Shown: positions 51,893 through 64,000 of the stretch, one piece after another
How the letters are laid out: each line of letters begins with the position of its first letter
Position numbering within the stretch: position 1 is the stretch's first letter
From: Nitrospirales bacterium
GTDB taxonomy: Bacteria > Nitrospirota > Nitrospiria > Nitrospirales > UBA8639
Length of the DNA: 64,000 nucleotides
Direction: 5' to 3'
Assembly (NCBI GenBank): GCA_965203295.1
Contig: CBDBCZ010000015.1
Span: 736,001 to 800,000, forward strand
Made by a program: the position numbers and the translations under genes
Notes under the pieces: generated by a model
The model's database searches: none
Told to the model about the DNA's origin: nothing
The model's input: the letters and a program-made list of their open reading frames with translations, nothing else

Positions 51893-54800
51893 ATGGCAGT
51901 TCGACAGAGAAAACCGTTACCAAAATCTACCTGCGCTTCCGATGAGCTTTCGGCGACTCTGCAGGAATGTGCAAATGCATCAGCAAAGAAGTTAAACGGC
52001 AGTGAATTTGGTGACTGCTTATTCACCGCTGCTGAAAAACTCGACATCAAGATGAGTTCAAAACGTATGAAGCTCAGGCGACCAACCGGTACTTCCTATT
52101 GTTGTTATTGCTTCAGAGTGATTTGGGGCTGCTTCCTCCTTTTGGTAGCTATTGGATTCCTTGTTTCACGTAATGAACCTGCCAGCTCGTATTTACACAG
52201 GACCATTCATACGAGAATATACAGTGATATTGTGCGTCCAGTGAGGTTAGGCCTCTTAGCAGTTGGTTCGTATTTGAAAGCTGCTGGAATTGATGTTTTC
52301 CATGACTGTGTGGTGGAGAACCCATTCTTAAGGTCAACAGAACAGTGTGTTTGTATGCACACAAAGGAGGCTACAGAAGTAACTTTGGATGGATCTGTGC
52401 TACCATTTTCGGTTTACGAAAATCCAAAAGAGATATATGTTCTGAGAAATGTAGTGGATTCAAAACTCAGCCTGGAGCAGCTTCAAGATTTTCACATATC
52501 TCATGGAAAGAACCCCCCTGCTTGCCTTGAAATTGGAAATGAAGGACAGAGTGGACCACTTTTCTATCGACAGCTTTTCGACAAACCACAGATGTTGAAG
52601 TTTTTGACATCTAATGAGTCCTGGAGCTTTACATGGTAGGAGTGTGCAAGACTTTGTTGTTTGCTGATCAGCTCGTGAAGATTTCTATCGTTAACTTTTT
52701 CCCCTATCATTTCAGGGCTGAGTGTCCAGATCCAGTATCACAACTCTCTTTTCGTTCATTACTACCTTCTCCATCTTACTTACCTCATGGACTGTATCTA
52801 CACAGCAATTCCCTTTTCTCCATTAGTACACAGTGGGGAACAGCTGGACATATTGTTGTAAGTTATAAATTCTATATTTATGAATTTCAGAGAGCCACCA
52901 CTATTGCAAGGGATAGTTTTTTCCCCTGCCTATGTATCAATGTACAATTTCCCTGTTGCTATGTCATGGTTAAGGTAGGAGGACCTTCGAATCCGCGTGA
53001 TTCTTCTCATAAATAATTAATGAGTGATGTCACTCGAGTGGCACTAATTAATATGTTTGCATTTTCCCATGGTGGCAACCGGAATCAACAGGAGGGGTGT
53101 GTCACTTTGATGTGGATAGCAGCTCTTTCATGTGCAATATCGGCACTTTGATGTAGTTGAGCGGTACTAGTACTCTAATGTTGGCTTTCAACACTTTTTT
53201 TTAAATATGACCTCGTAATTATAGTGACAAGTAGACTGTGAATGGCTGAATGGCTAGCTAGTGTGTTGTAGAAAGATTGTTAGGCTGCTTGAGTGCCTAG
53301 AAGTCACCCAGACAGACGAATGTTGACAGGCAGTTGCCCATCTCAGGTAGACTAGAATAGTGACCTTTCTGGCCGGTAGGCTTTGCCCACTTTTGTACTG
53401 TACGACTTTCTAGCTAGCTATGTGAAAATCTGTGGAGATTTATAGGGAGTGCTTGGCGGGTGGTTCTCAGTAACCGAGGGGTGAGTGGAAAATCCCATCC
53501 CTAAATTTTCTGTGAGTAGGTTGAAGTTTGTAAGGCAGGGCTCGAATTTGTGGATTATTTAGCAGAAGGTGTGATCAAATGCCTCAATTTGAGATAGACT
53601 TTTATGTTCTTAACCAGGCCATCCATTTGATTTGGGTATTCCAAGACCAGGGTCCTCCTACCTTAACAAATCTGATATTTCTTATCAGAAAATCAGCCAA
53701 GAACGTTTTAAACTAACTGCAGTTGTAGAGCTATAACAGGCTGTCTGTCTCATCCTGCATAAGTAGATAAGTAGGCAAGCTCAGTATAGCAAAAGTGGCA
53801 ACTCTTGTGTACTTCAATTAGCAGCTGTACCTGATGATCATTGCGCTGTGACATGTGGGTAGTCTGTGCATGTATTGCGGTATGTATTGTCGCTTGTTCC
53901 ATTGGTTTTTGGGGAAGTATTTTTTGGTGGAAGTGCAACCCTACATGACTTGTTTTTGCACTTTTTGGCAAAGTGCTTTTTTTCCTTATAGAAGAGAATT
54001 GGAATCCTTGTTCACAGTTTTGCCTAATTGTAACCATTAAATTTTGGTAGTGTAAGATTGAACGTGTGCATGCTGTTGCTTGTTTCAGAAGCTTTGTATT
54101 TGGTTACAGAAGTTATTGTTGTGTTATGTGTTATGATATTGATATGCACACACACACACACACACCATCATGCATATACACAGACTTCACTAATGTCTTC
54201 TATCACTCTGGTGAATGTCTTAGAGGGAGAAGCGAGGTTTTATATGAGTTCACTAGGAGATCACTGTTTTGACTACTGCACTGCACTCAAGCACCATCCC
54301 ATACTCAAAGCAGGAGATATTAGTAGGTTACTAGTACATTCTTGGGTAGTGTAAGATTTATGTATGAGTAGCACTATACTACTCTTTGAAAGATCAAAGG
54401 CATTATGTAGTGTGTTGGACAAGTTACAAAACATTCTGCAAACAGTTTACCCAAAAATGACTCCTGTGAATTTATTCCCCACTAGGGACTTGAATGTAGC
54501 TAACCACTTGCCTGAACTTGAAGCTAGCCTCCAGTAACCATAGAAACTGGGGGGGGGGGGGGGCTTGCTAGACTCTTAATTAGGCTTGAAAGCAGTAACT
54601 TATCATGTTGTCCACATCCTGATTAAATTATGAAAGCATGCAGGAAAAGTTGTCCTGGGTAAAGCCCAGGATAGTGATAGCTATTTTGTCCTATTTTATT
54701 TCAGAAAATAAAGCAGCATGTGGACAACAAGTTATCATTGCCTAATTAAGAGTTCATTCCTCCAGTGTCTATAGAGAGCCCTCCAGTTTAGCTTTTAGCT

Positions 54801-55347
54801 CAATTCAAACTCAAACTAGTGGCTAGCCGCATTCATGTTGTACTAGAGTCCACTGGAGAGCTATTTCAGACTTCTGGAAAGCTGCTTTGAGTTCAGGTTT
54901 GTGTAGGAGAATGTTTGTAACTCTACAACAGTGACAACACTTTAAATTTGTCCAGCACACTGATGCCTTTGATCTACTAATTAGGATGCGACAATATAAC
55001 TAGTACTCTCACTTTATATTTGTACTACACGACAGTTGGTCCTCCTCCAAGTCCCAGTATTACCGATGTACCATAGATGCATGTCGTACTGCTGTATTAT
55101 GGATATATTGGCGAAGTTATTTTTGTAATTCTTAGATACGTAGCTATGTGTGCCTGCATATGAGACAGGTTCTGTCTTTTTAATTAAACAAGAAAGTCCT
55201 GAATATGGACACAGTGAGTGTTAATGAATTTTTCCCACAGTGGTGTTTGATGAACACTATTGGACCTACCAGCTGGAGACTTGGAGTAATATTTCAATCA
55301 CCTTGGTAACATCACTTGTGACGTCTCCACCATTTAGTTATGACTAA
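51893..55347 (+). CDS. C6orf89 (BRAP)-like single-pass membrane protein, 4 exons, ~376 aa
   Basis: Exons 51893-52635, 52716-52857, 54184-54322 and 55241-55347 total 1131 nt in frame. One TM segment (VIWGCFLLLVAIGFLV), CVVENPF..C.C, and a C-terminal cupin-like VLEGEARF...C...C...ILKAGDIMVFDEHYW. The gene model is more certain than the family call. Confidence 0.7.
54388..54976. mobile_element. ~590-bp nested palindromic MITE in an intron
   Basis: Outer arms gatcaaaggca...gtgtgttggacaa / ttgtccagcacac..tgcctttgatc; inner arms ctcttaattaggc..ttgtccacat / atgtggacaa..gcctaattaagag. Confidence 0.7.
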
Positions 55348-56307
55348 TCGCATTACTCCCATAGGCCAAGTGTGATTATTCATACTTGCACACTTGTTTG
55401 TAATGACACTGTTTTAGCTAGAACTACAGCATCACATAGAATCGAGTGCAATTTGGACGTTTGTAAATTGCCTATTGTTCATGCCCAAATCAGCCTTGTA
55501 TCCAGGTCTTCCCACTCTAGCTACAAAACTAAGTGTGAGGCTACCCAGATTACACTCAATTTCATGTAATTATGTAATCATAATCCACCAACTGGACAGC
55601 TTTTGTTATGTAAATTACTGTCGTGCATGTCATTGTACTAACTGGTAGTGCTTTTAGTTTAGATTACTTGCCCTCTCAATTAATTAGTGAACAGCGTAAC
55701 CAACAATACATGTTGAGGTCAGAATGGAATGTATCCTTCCATGCAATAGGATGTACACGTTCTTTAAAGGTAAACATGTAGTTGCACTATGTATACAGGT
55801 AAAGCTCAACTGCACTTATGAGCATGAATGGGTCATTCACCCACTCATTATTGCAGTGAACTTTACTCTGCGACTGGTGCCTATACGTAGTGCAACTACT
55901 GTACTACATTTGCACAAATGTAGTACAGTACACTATGTACACCAGTCACAGAATAAAGTTAACTAGCCTGTAAATCGCTAATGAATGGGCTAGTGATTAA
56001 AGGTAAGCTCAATAAAATCTGCATTTGTTAAGGAAGTGGTCACTTATTAATTTGTAGTTTTTTGGTTGCTGTTGCCAACTGCTGAACCCGCTAGTGTATA
56101 ATGATATGTTTCCACACCTGTATCCTTGCATGGGATGCATATGAGCTACTAGGAACAATTATGGATAGAGCAATTATTGCATGCTTCAAGGTATGAATTG
56201 GTTGGTAATAATGCCATGATACAAATCACATAGCATAAAGCATAATTATACTGTCCCTGTCACTGGCTATAGAGGTGATTATAAGAATTGCATATAATCC
56301 GCATACT

Positions 56308-59300
56308 TTACTTATCCTTCTTAATTGAAAGAAGAATGATATAGGCAATGAAAAGAAAAACCACAGAAAAAAGTACAAGGGCAAGTTGATCATACCACAA
56401 CCAGTCAACCTGATACCCAATTAGACTCAGCTGTTCCAGACCATCAAATGTACACATTGAAGTGTTGAAACTACAGTCAGCGGTGGTATTCACAGTGCTG
56501 AGCAGACTAATATCAATGGCACTGCAAAAGAATATTTCATAGCTCATTGTAAATCTCTTTAAATGAGCACACTACATACAAATTAGCATAATACCCAGTA
56601 GTACTGTAGAGAATCATGTAAATCTTGGCCCTACAGTTTTTAAACTGGGGCTAACTAACCATGGTCCACTGAACACCAGCCCATCCATTTCATTAATAGC
56701 CATTGCCTGTGCAAGGAAATATATATCACAGGTTATAAGAGCACTAACACTTCTGAATCATTCACAGTGAATGCCTCTGCTCACTCAGAAAACGTTTAGC
56801 TAGTCAGCATTGGTGGCACTCACTCTGTTAACCAATTATTAGAAAATGTTCCTTCTAAGATGACAAATTCAACACAGAGCTAGTTTTACAAGCTATGGTT
56901 GGCTAGTTTGTGAAATTGGGATTAGATCTAGTGTGACAAATGGTGCTCATTTACCTACCTCAATACTGTATCGTATAAAGCTAAGGAACTTCATCCACTC
57001 AATCCAACCAGGAAGGGACTGGAGTGCTACAAGAAGACCCCCAAACAGCTGTGTATAAACAAAAGCAGGAGTACTAACTGGTACATACACATACACGACT
57101 CTACAAAGAGAAACCTTTGTTGGGTGTACACAAGTAAATTTGTAGTACTCCGTGAGAACTTTCTACACTCATGGGCTTCATTTGGTATACATCAATATAC
57201 CCTGTACCAAGAGCCCATTAGCGCCGCGAAGCGCTCCTGCCTGTAATATATTTTGTATTACACCTCAGGTAAAAAGGAATGCAGTGCAGAATTTGTAAAT
57301 TATTCAGTGATCAAGATTAGTGAAGCTGTAAAGGTCTCTGCAAAGGAAACAACATCACATGTAGGATCAGAAAGTCTAGGTTTGGGAGGGAATAGGGCAA
57401 GGAGCTCTTTCTTGCTTCCAAAGCCAGACAGCTCGTAATAAAACTCATCACCACAATGACTTATCATTTGCCTAGCTTGGTATTTAGTTTGGTATTTAGT
57501 GTGCACTACACTAATGGCCAGCACGATACCTGACAGATAATGAAGGGAGGTGTAGCTAAAGCGTTAGCCTCGTGCCTAGGCTCTTCCCTTCCATGCAAAA
57601 AGCCTGTGCATGAAGTGCGCACGAACATGTTAAATTGATAGGCTGAAGGTAGAGGTCCACTGACAGCAGTCGTGTATTGTTGAGAAAGAAGCAGTCTTTG
57701 TTTTTCAGTAAATGAACACTGATTAATATGTGTATCTATTGTTATTTGGTTATTCTGGTACGAGTTGTTTACAGCATTCATTTTGGTCTCTATGATAGGC
57801 ATATAGCATCTGGCCTTGGGCCCTATATGTAGCATACACCTCATACTTGAATATAGCCAAGCTACTGCTGTATTGCCCTGACTACAGGGCTATTAATATG
57901 CTATTTCCGTGTTGGTTCTGTGTGTGTTCATAGTAAAACTACATGTGTGTAGTATCCTATAAAGGAAAACTGTCCAATATCCACTGAGTGATTTTGGATG
58001 GGTTGATGAACAGGGCATTTAGGGTTATTGGAAGGTGTGTACGATGCATAATAAATTTATTACTGTATGGAGCGATAGCCATCCAATATCACTGGACATT
58101 GACTTATCTTGCTTACAATAGGCTCGTCCTTTAGACACAGACTTGTCCAATATCCAGTGATATCAGATTGCTACCCATTCAATAGCATAAATTTAAAACT
58201 GTTGAAAAACTAATACCCTTACCAAGGACACCACATAGACAATAGAGATGAACAGGTTAGCAACAGAAGCGACATTGACTGCAGCACTGATGGAAAAGGA
58301 TATGGAGACTGCAGCAATATTACCCAACATTATTGTCAGAAAATAGATGAAAAACTTGTCTGCAGCCAGTTGCAAACCTGTAGCAAAACAATCATTGTAC
58401 TGGGATTTACCTCTATGTAAATGTAAGATTCTAACTATTTTAACTAGATTGGCTATATTGCTTAAATTTACCACTAATCAGATTAATTTTAGTAAAACTC
58501 TGAGATAATGTCTACAACTGGAAGTTAAATGAGTACATCAATTACAGTACAAGTTTAAAGTATGTAGTGGACAAACCAATCATAAAGTAGGTGATGATGG
58601 CAAAAACGATGTTGGGGAGGATCCTAAGAGGAATGATATCTGTCAGAACCTTAGCAAAAAAGAAAGCAGATACACTGTAGTAGCCACTTGCATTCTCATG
58701 ACTGGAGGAGGGAAAAGAGGTATGGGAGGGGAGGGAGAGGATAATGAAACATACCTCAACCACTGGACAGTAATTCAGCTTTATAAATGAGATAAGTGTA
58801 TGAGCTAGCTCTATTCTGCTACACTCACCCTCTGTTGTAATGTATAGCCAGAAAAATTGATGGGACCATATCCGTATATTTGAATGTGCAAAGACACGTA
58901 TCACTGCAATACTAAATGCAATCTATGTGAAACATGGTTGTTTTACAAGAGGCATTGCTAGCAACAACAACTTGGGAATGAAGCATTTCTGATGTACCAT
59001 GACAGAGATATGGGACGGAGTTCGCGACACTCTCAATTATGCTATTAGCATGGCACATATCTCATGAACGGAGAATGCTGCAGCTTGGTTGCTATTAGTT
59101 AAAGGTAGGTATTTGTATTGTTCCAAAATCATTGAATGTTCATTCTGACAAGTGGTTAGTGAGATAGTTTAAAATTGTCAAAAAAAGTGGGATACAGCCC
59201 CTTTCCACAAATCCAGGTCACAAATATGGGTGGAAGGTAATACGGGGGGAAATAAACTTTGCAGAACTGTCACCGTTCGGTAAACCGGCAAATTATCCAG

Positions 59301-62300
59301 CTATATGGTAGGCATGGTGACTCTCTGGTATACCTTCAGAGACAAATAGCACGATTGCATGATAGTTCTGATGGATTGGGATAGCGTGGAGTTCAAAGAA
59401 GGATTTCTTTACAAACCTAGCTCATATGTAGTACAGGCTTACATGAACAGAACTTTCTGTTGGATGAACACCTCAAGTGCTGAAAGACTGCCAAACGCTT
59501 GGTTTACAACAACAAAAAAGAACACTCCAATCCTGTGTGAAGAAATCATTATTTGACACCTATCGTATTGAGTTAGTCATCAATAATTATTGAGGACTAG
59601 GTATAATCAGTTACAGTAGCATGGAAAGTATACATGTGCGTATATATATACATTACAGGAAGTGGGCAGGATCTTGCATCCATACTATGCACTGTAAATT
59701 TAAAAATGTATGGTGTTTATCTGGTAATTTCATTCTGGAGTTATAGCCTGACAAAGTGATACACATAACAGTTGGACAACTATTAGAGAGTAGTAGGCAC
59801 ACCCTGCCACCCTCTAGTTAGAACAAAAGGCTGCAGTCAGTCAGTAGTCCATGTGCTCAGGGTCAATTTTGGCGTGCTATAACTCCAGAACCAAGCTACA
59901 AACAAACACCAGAGTTTTACGTAACTCACAGTTGGATGTAGCGATAGAAGGTCTCACTCGCTAGCTAGATGGCTATAGGTTTCCTGCTGAATGACCCACA
60001 AAGGGCACACTACTATCCAGAATAAATCAACGAGTGTATAGTGACTTAAATACTCAACCACAATGTATAGTCAAGCATGGATGACATACATGTATAATTA
60101 TGCTTTTCCTGCTAGTGTTTTGCCAAAGTATTCCACGACCATTTGATAAACTTCCTGCCATACTGCAGCATCTTGTAACCTAAGGTCCTCTATACCCACT
60201 CATGCAAAAATCACATTTCTGCTAAAAACTTACATCTGTCAATACAAATGCTTCTAGCGCGAAATCAATATTTGTATAGGGTATGCCAGGTTTCACAAAT
60301 TCGGACACATAGTCGTCATTAACTGACAAACCTGTCGTTGAATCCTAGTGGCTCTGTAGTTCGCTGGAAGTAGATCACTCCGATAATCAGTGCAAAGAAC
60401 GTCACAGTAAAAAACTAAAAGAACGTGATAAATTGACAATCATGTATGATATGTATACCAAGTATGTCCAAGATTGGGAGGCAGTTATGATATTCTAAGA
60501 ACTGAATTAGTTGTGACCAGACTTAGGCTTGCAGGTTAATCCTAACCATGGTATCCACACACCAGCTTGCTAACTGCAGACAGCATAAAAATCTATACCG
60601 GGTAAAAACTTTTGAACATTATTGTCTATAACAAACGCTATCATCCTATGAATGTAATAACATCAGTACGCAGGAAGTACGGGTGAACTACAGTGTATGT
60701 TAATTGTATTATCTAAGTACACATGGCTGAATGTAAACAGGAGCATCAGAACGGCCCTGAAACAGTTTGCATGGAAAAAAGAACTTACATACCAGTAGAC
60801 AGCGTAAAGGTGCCCGTTGTGTTTCAATTCCAGTGTAACTACAAGTTTTTAACAAGCTAGACCGGACTACATGTGGCTAGATTGAATATGCGACCAAAGC
60901 AAGGTATGTATGCATAGTGGAGCGGCAATGCAGTTTGCTACAGCTCTAAACTAGCTTTTCTCCCCTGTACTTCTAGCTCTGTGTTTTTAACCTCGTCTTT
61001 TTAAATTACCCCACTGGAGCACCCAATCACATGTCTTTTCATTGAACCCATCCTGTACTTAAGCATGCAGACAAAATGTGGAGTGTGGTACATTATGGTG
61101 AGCAAATTGTCCCTGTTAGTATACATAGTAGGCAGAGAATGTTGTAGTGCGTACCTGCAAGATGGAAGTTAATGGGTTTCTTATGAGGTTTACAGCTGAG
61201 CGTAGAGACACAATCAGTAACTACATGTAGACAAAGGAGAAACATGCACTGAGTTTATCAACCATATGGAACCAGTAACAAATATGACAGACTTGACAAC
61301 TTTTTATCTATATGCAAGAGTATGGCTAAGCATGACTGAAGTAGAACACAGCTTTAAGTTCTTCCCCATGGCACTACAGGATATTGTATACTTGTTACCA
61401 GCTGGAGCGCAAGCAGCATGTGAATGGCTAGTCCTAAGATTGCTTTATGTTTTCAGCGTTTGTCTGTTTATGTGTCCGCACATATTACGTGTGCAATATA
61501 ATACGTCATACATATATGTTACTATGCAATTGTAGTATATAGCAGCTTTTGGAGATTTGTAGGCCAAGCTACAGCAAATGAAGATGGTTGTGTGTTGCCT
61601 AGATGGTAAAATTTTATAGGCAGCTATAAAAATCCTGACATATAGCTACTAACCGGAAGTGCATGGCTGAGTCAGCACTTTCGCTGCACTGCTTTCGATT
61701 GCTTATCAGTTTGTACTTGATGCTTACTGTTAGGAGCATAGTTACTGTATTTCGTAGTTCTACAGCTGCAATTAGCTCGGCCTGAGCTGAGTTGTGTGTA
61801 TTGTACGGGAAAGGTTCCCGGCTGGTTTTTTAGACATGTAATGTTAGACTTGTAGATATAGTCTTTTCCGCACTACTCCATATTTTCATGTTTAAGTCCA
61901 GGGAATGAAGCTTGTATTCTAGTTCATATTGGGTGGAACAGCAATATAGCACCAACCTGCCAGAAGAAACTGGTGGCATATTTGATTGAGTTCTGCTTCC
62001 TGTTCTTGAAGTGACCTGCAATGCCACTGGCCTTTTCCTTCTGCTGCACGCCTTCAAGCATGGGGTCTATTGCAGCCTTCAGCTGGCGGTACTCCTCTGA
62101 CTGCAAGTACAGACTGTTGAAGTCCACTGACCCGGGCTTCCCATTTGACACCTTCACACCTGCAGTAAAGGAGCAAGCAAGGTGGCATTACATGTCTATA
62201 TATTGTTCACTTAGTTGGGTCTAATTTCTAGTATATTCAACATTGCATTTTCCTGATTCATTCATCCGCTGTGCCCCACTCTTCTCCTCTTGTCCATTCA

Positions 62301-63198
62301 GTGCTTGCTGTTAGTTCACACTTAAACCTGCAACTCAAATGTTATTGGCTACAACTTTTAGCTTGCAAGCTAAAAGTTGTAGCCAATAACTTATAGACAG
62401 ACAGAACCAATTGCTGAACTCCGCTGCATGTGTACAATTGTACATATGCGGTGAGGTTAAGCAATTGATTCTATGTTGTTTGTTGTCTGTCTACTTGGTG
62501 AAAAATAAAATACAATTTAGAGGGTTAAAAGACTGCTGAACATGTTGAAATCAAAAAATGTACATGTGTGTGTATCTGATAGTGGCCAAAGCAACTCTAC
62601 TCTCCACATTTTCAGCTCTTGCTTATTTAACAATGGCATGTTCCACAACTAGAATACAACAGGGGGCAACATATGCAGACTCTTGCTACCAGTTCATATG
62701 TGGCTTATATGTAGATAAATGTCCATGTCGTAAATACAACCATCGGTCACGCCCACAGCTTGGATATGACCATACACGACCACTAGTACACTCTGGGTAC
62801 GGCTACACAGCCAGGTGCACTGTACCAACAGCTCCATCTGGGTTCTAGCCAGGTCTCATTTATAAATTATGCAGCACGGGGTATATCTTTTCTAGTGACT
62901 TCTATTTTGTATGGTAAATGTTATCGCAAGTCCTACTCCACTGAAGATGACACCTTGGGTCGACTAGTAAGAGAGATCCTTATTAGAGCCGTTGCACACA
63001 TATTCCAAATTCCAGACCTGATGTTTTGTCTGCCTCCGCTTAATTTAATTACTCTTACATGTATACTTATTACTCTACAGATGAAACATACAGTAACTAG
63101 CCACAACCTACCTTTCTCATCCTCTTTGTTTAGCTCATTGGCGTTGATAATGTCCAGGAAGAAGTCAGCTGGATTGTCATGCTGCTCACACACAAGCC
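56308..63198 (-). CDS. ABCG2: ABCG2/white-like half ABC transporter, paralog B (3' ten exons; 5' part outside the window)
   Basis: Exons 63112-63198 (NPADF), 61957-62159, 61155-61220, 60332-60414, 59443-59532, 58577-58701, 58223-58377, 56959-57048, 56660-56706 and 56308-56521 join in frame, with the same intron positions as paralog A. Confidence 0.92.
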
Positions 63199-64000
63199 CT
63201 ACAGGGAGGGGGGGTCAGACACAGGGCAAATTAAGTCCTAATTACAGTTACAAAATAGTTGGGTGGGCTAGCCATGTAGTCAGACTTTCAGCATAGGCCC
63301 AGCTACTTAGTTAGGGTTTCCTAAAACTGCAATTTGAATTGAGGTATAATAGCTTTTACTTGTGCATCATGTAAACTAGGCCTTCAATTAGTACACTGCA
63401 TGAATAATGTATATACAAAATAAATGCAGTTACTAGTAACATGATGTTATAGTACAAAGTATAGGGTTTCTTCCACACAGCATACAAAGAATGCCACAAA
63501 GCATAGGAAACTCAGAGTTGGGTACACATACTATAAAGGCTCTAAAAGTTCTAAATGAATTAAGTCTCTATGTGGCAGGTCTCAATTACTGTGGTTTCAC
63601 TTAGTAGCCCATACATATATGTACGCGTGGCTTCAGTTACAATCTCAAGAATGCCCACACAACTATGACAGAATCAGGTTTCCATCAGCCTGTCTCTCTT
63701 CAATGACAAATTTACATGGTAACACCATGGCTTCATCATACGTAGCAGAAATTTAAATTCTTTGATTTGTTCTTTAATTCTTTAATTAGGAGTCTGGAGC
63801 TGTCAGCTTTGCATATGTTCACCATTCAGACCACGTTCAAGATTTTGGTGTTTGGTACCAGAGACTTATGATCTATTACCACTTTCACACACACAGGAGT
63901 TGACACAGTGCACTGTCTTAGGCTGACACTGGATGCTAATGCATTACACAAAAACTCCTACCTTTTGTATTCAGTACTGCCATACGTACAACGTACGTGA

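Overview
Intron-rich, AT-rich (roughly 40% GC by eye) eukaryotic genomic DNA from an animal; the gene content and repeats suggest a non-bilaterian such as a demosponge (inference). The ORF track misses most real genes because they are spliced, so I rebuilt them from GT-AG sites and reading phase. Genes: a KANK-like coiled-coil gene running off the left edge (-); a complete 14-exon Pasha/DGCR8 gene (+, ~492 aa); two tandem ABCG2/white-like half-transporters (-), one with a 4-nt frameshift and one truncated by the window edge; and a C6orf89-like membrane-protein gene (+) between them. The first ~21 kb is mostly accessory DNA: hAT, LINE and CRE-like retroelement relics, SF3A3 gene fragments, tRNA-like Pol III units, a ~180-bp satellite, and a ~2.5-kb foldback-like element enclosing a spliced gene of tandemly amplified microexons that ends in a PHD finger. 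Throughout there are many palindromic MITEs and two apparent classes of transposon-excision footprint (CATAG...CTATG minipalindromes with 7-bp flanking duplications, and TA->TACATGTA/TACGTA expansions). Homology calls come from motif recognition only; no searches were run.
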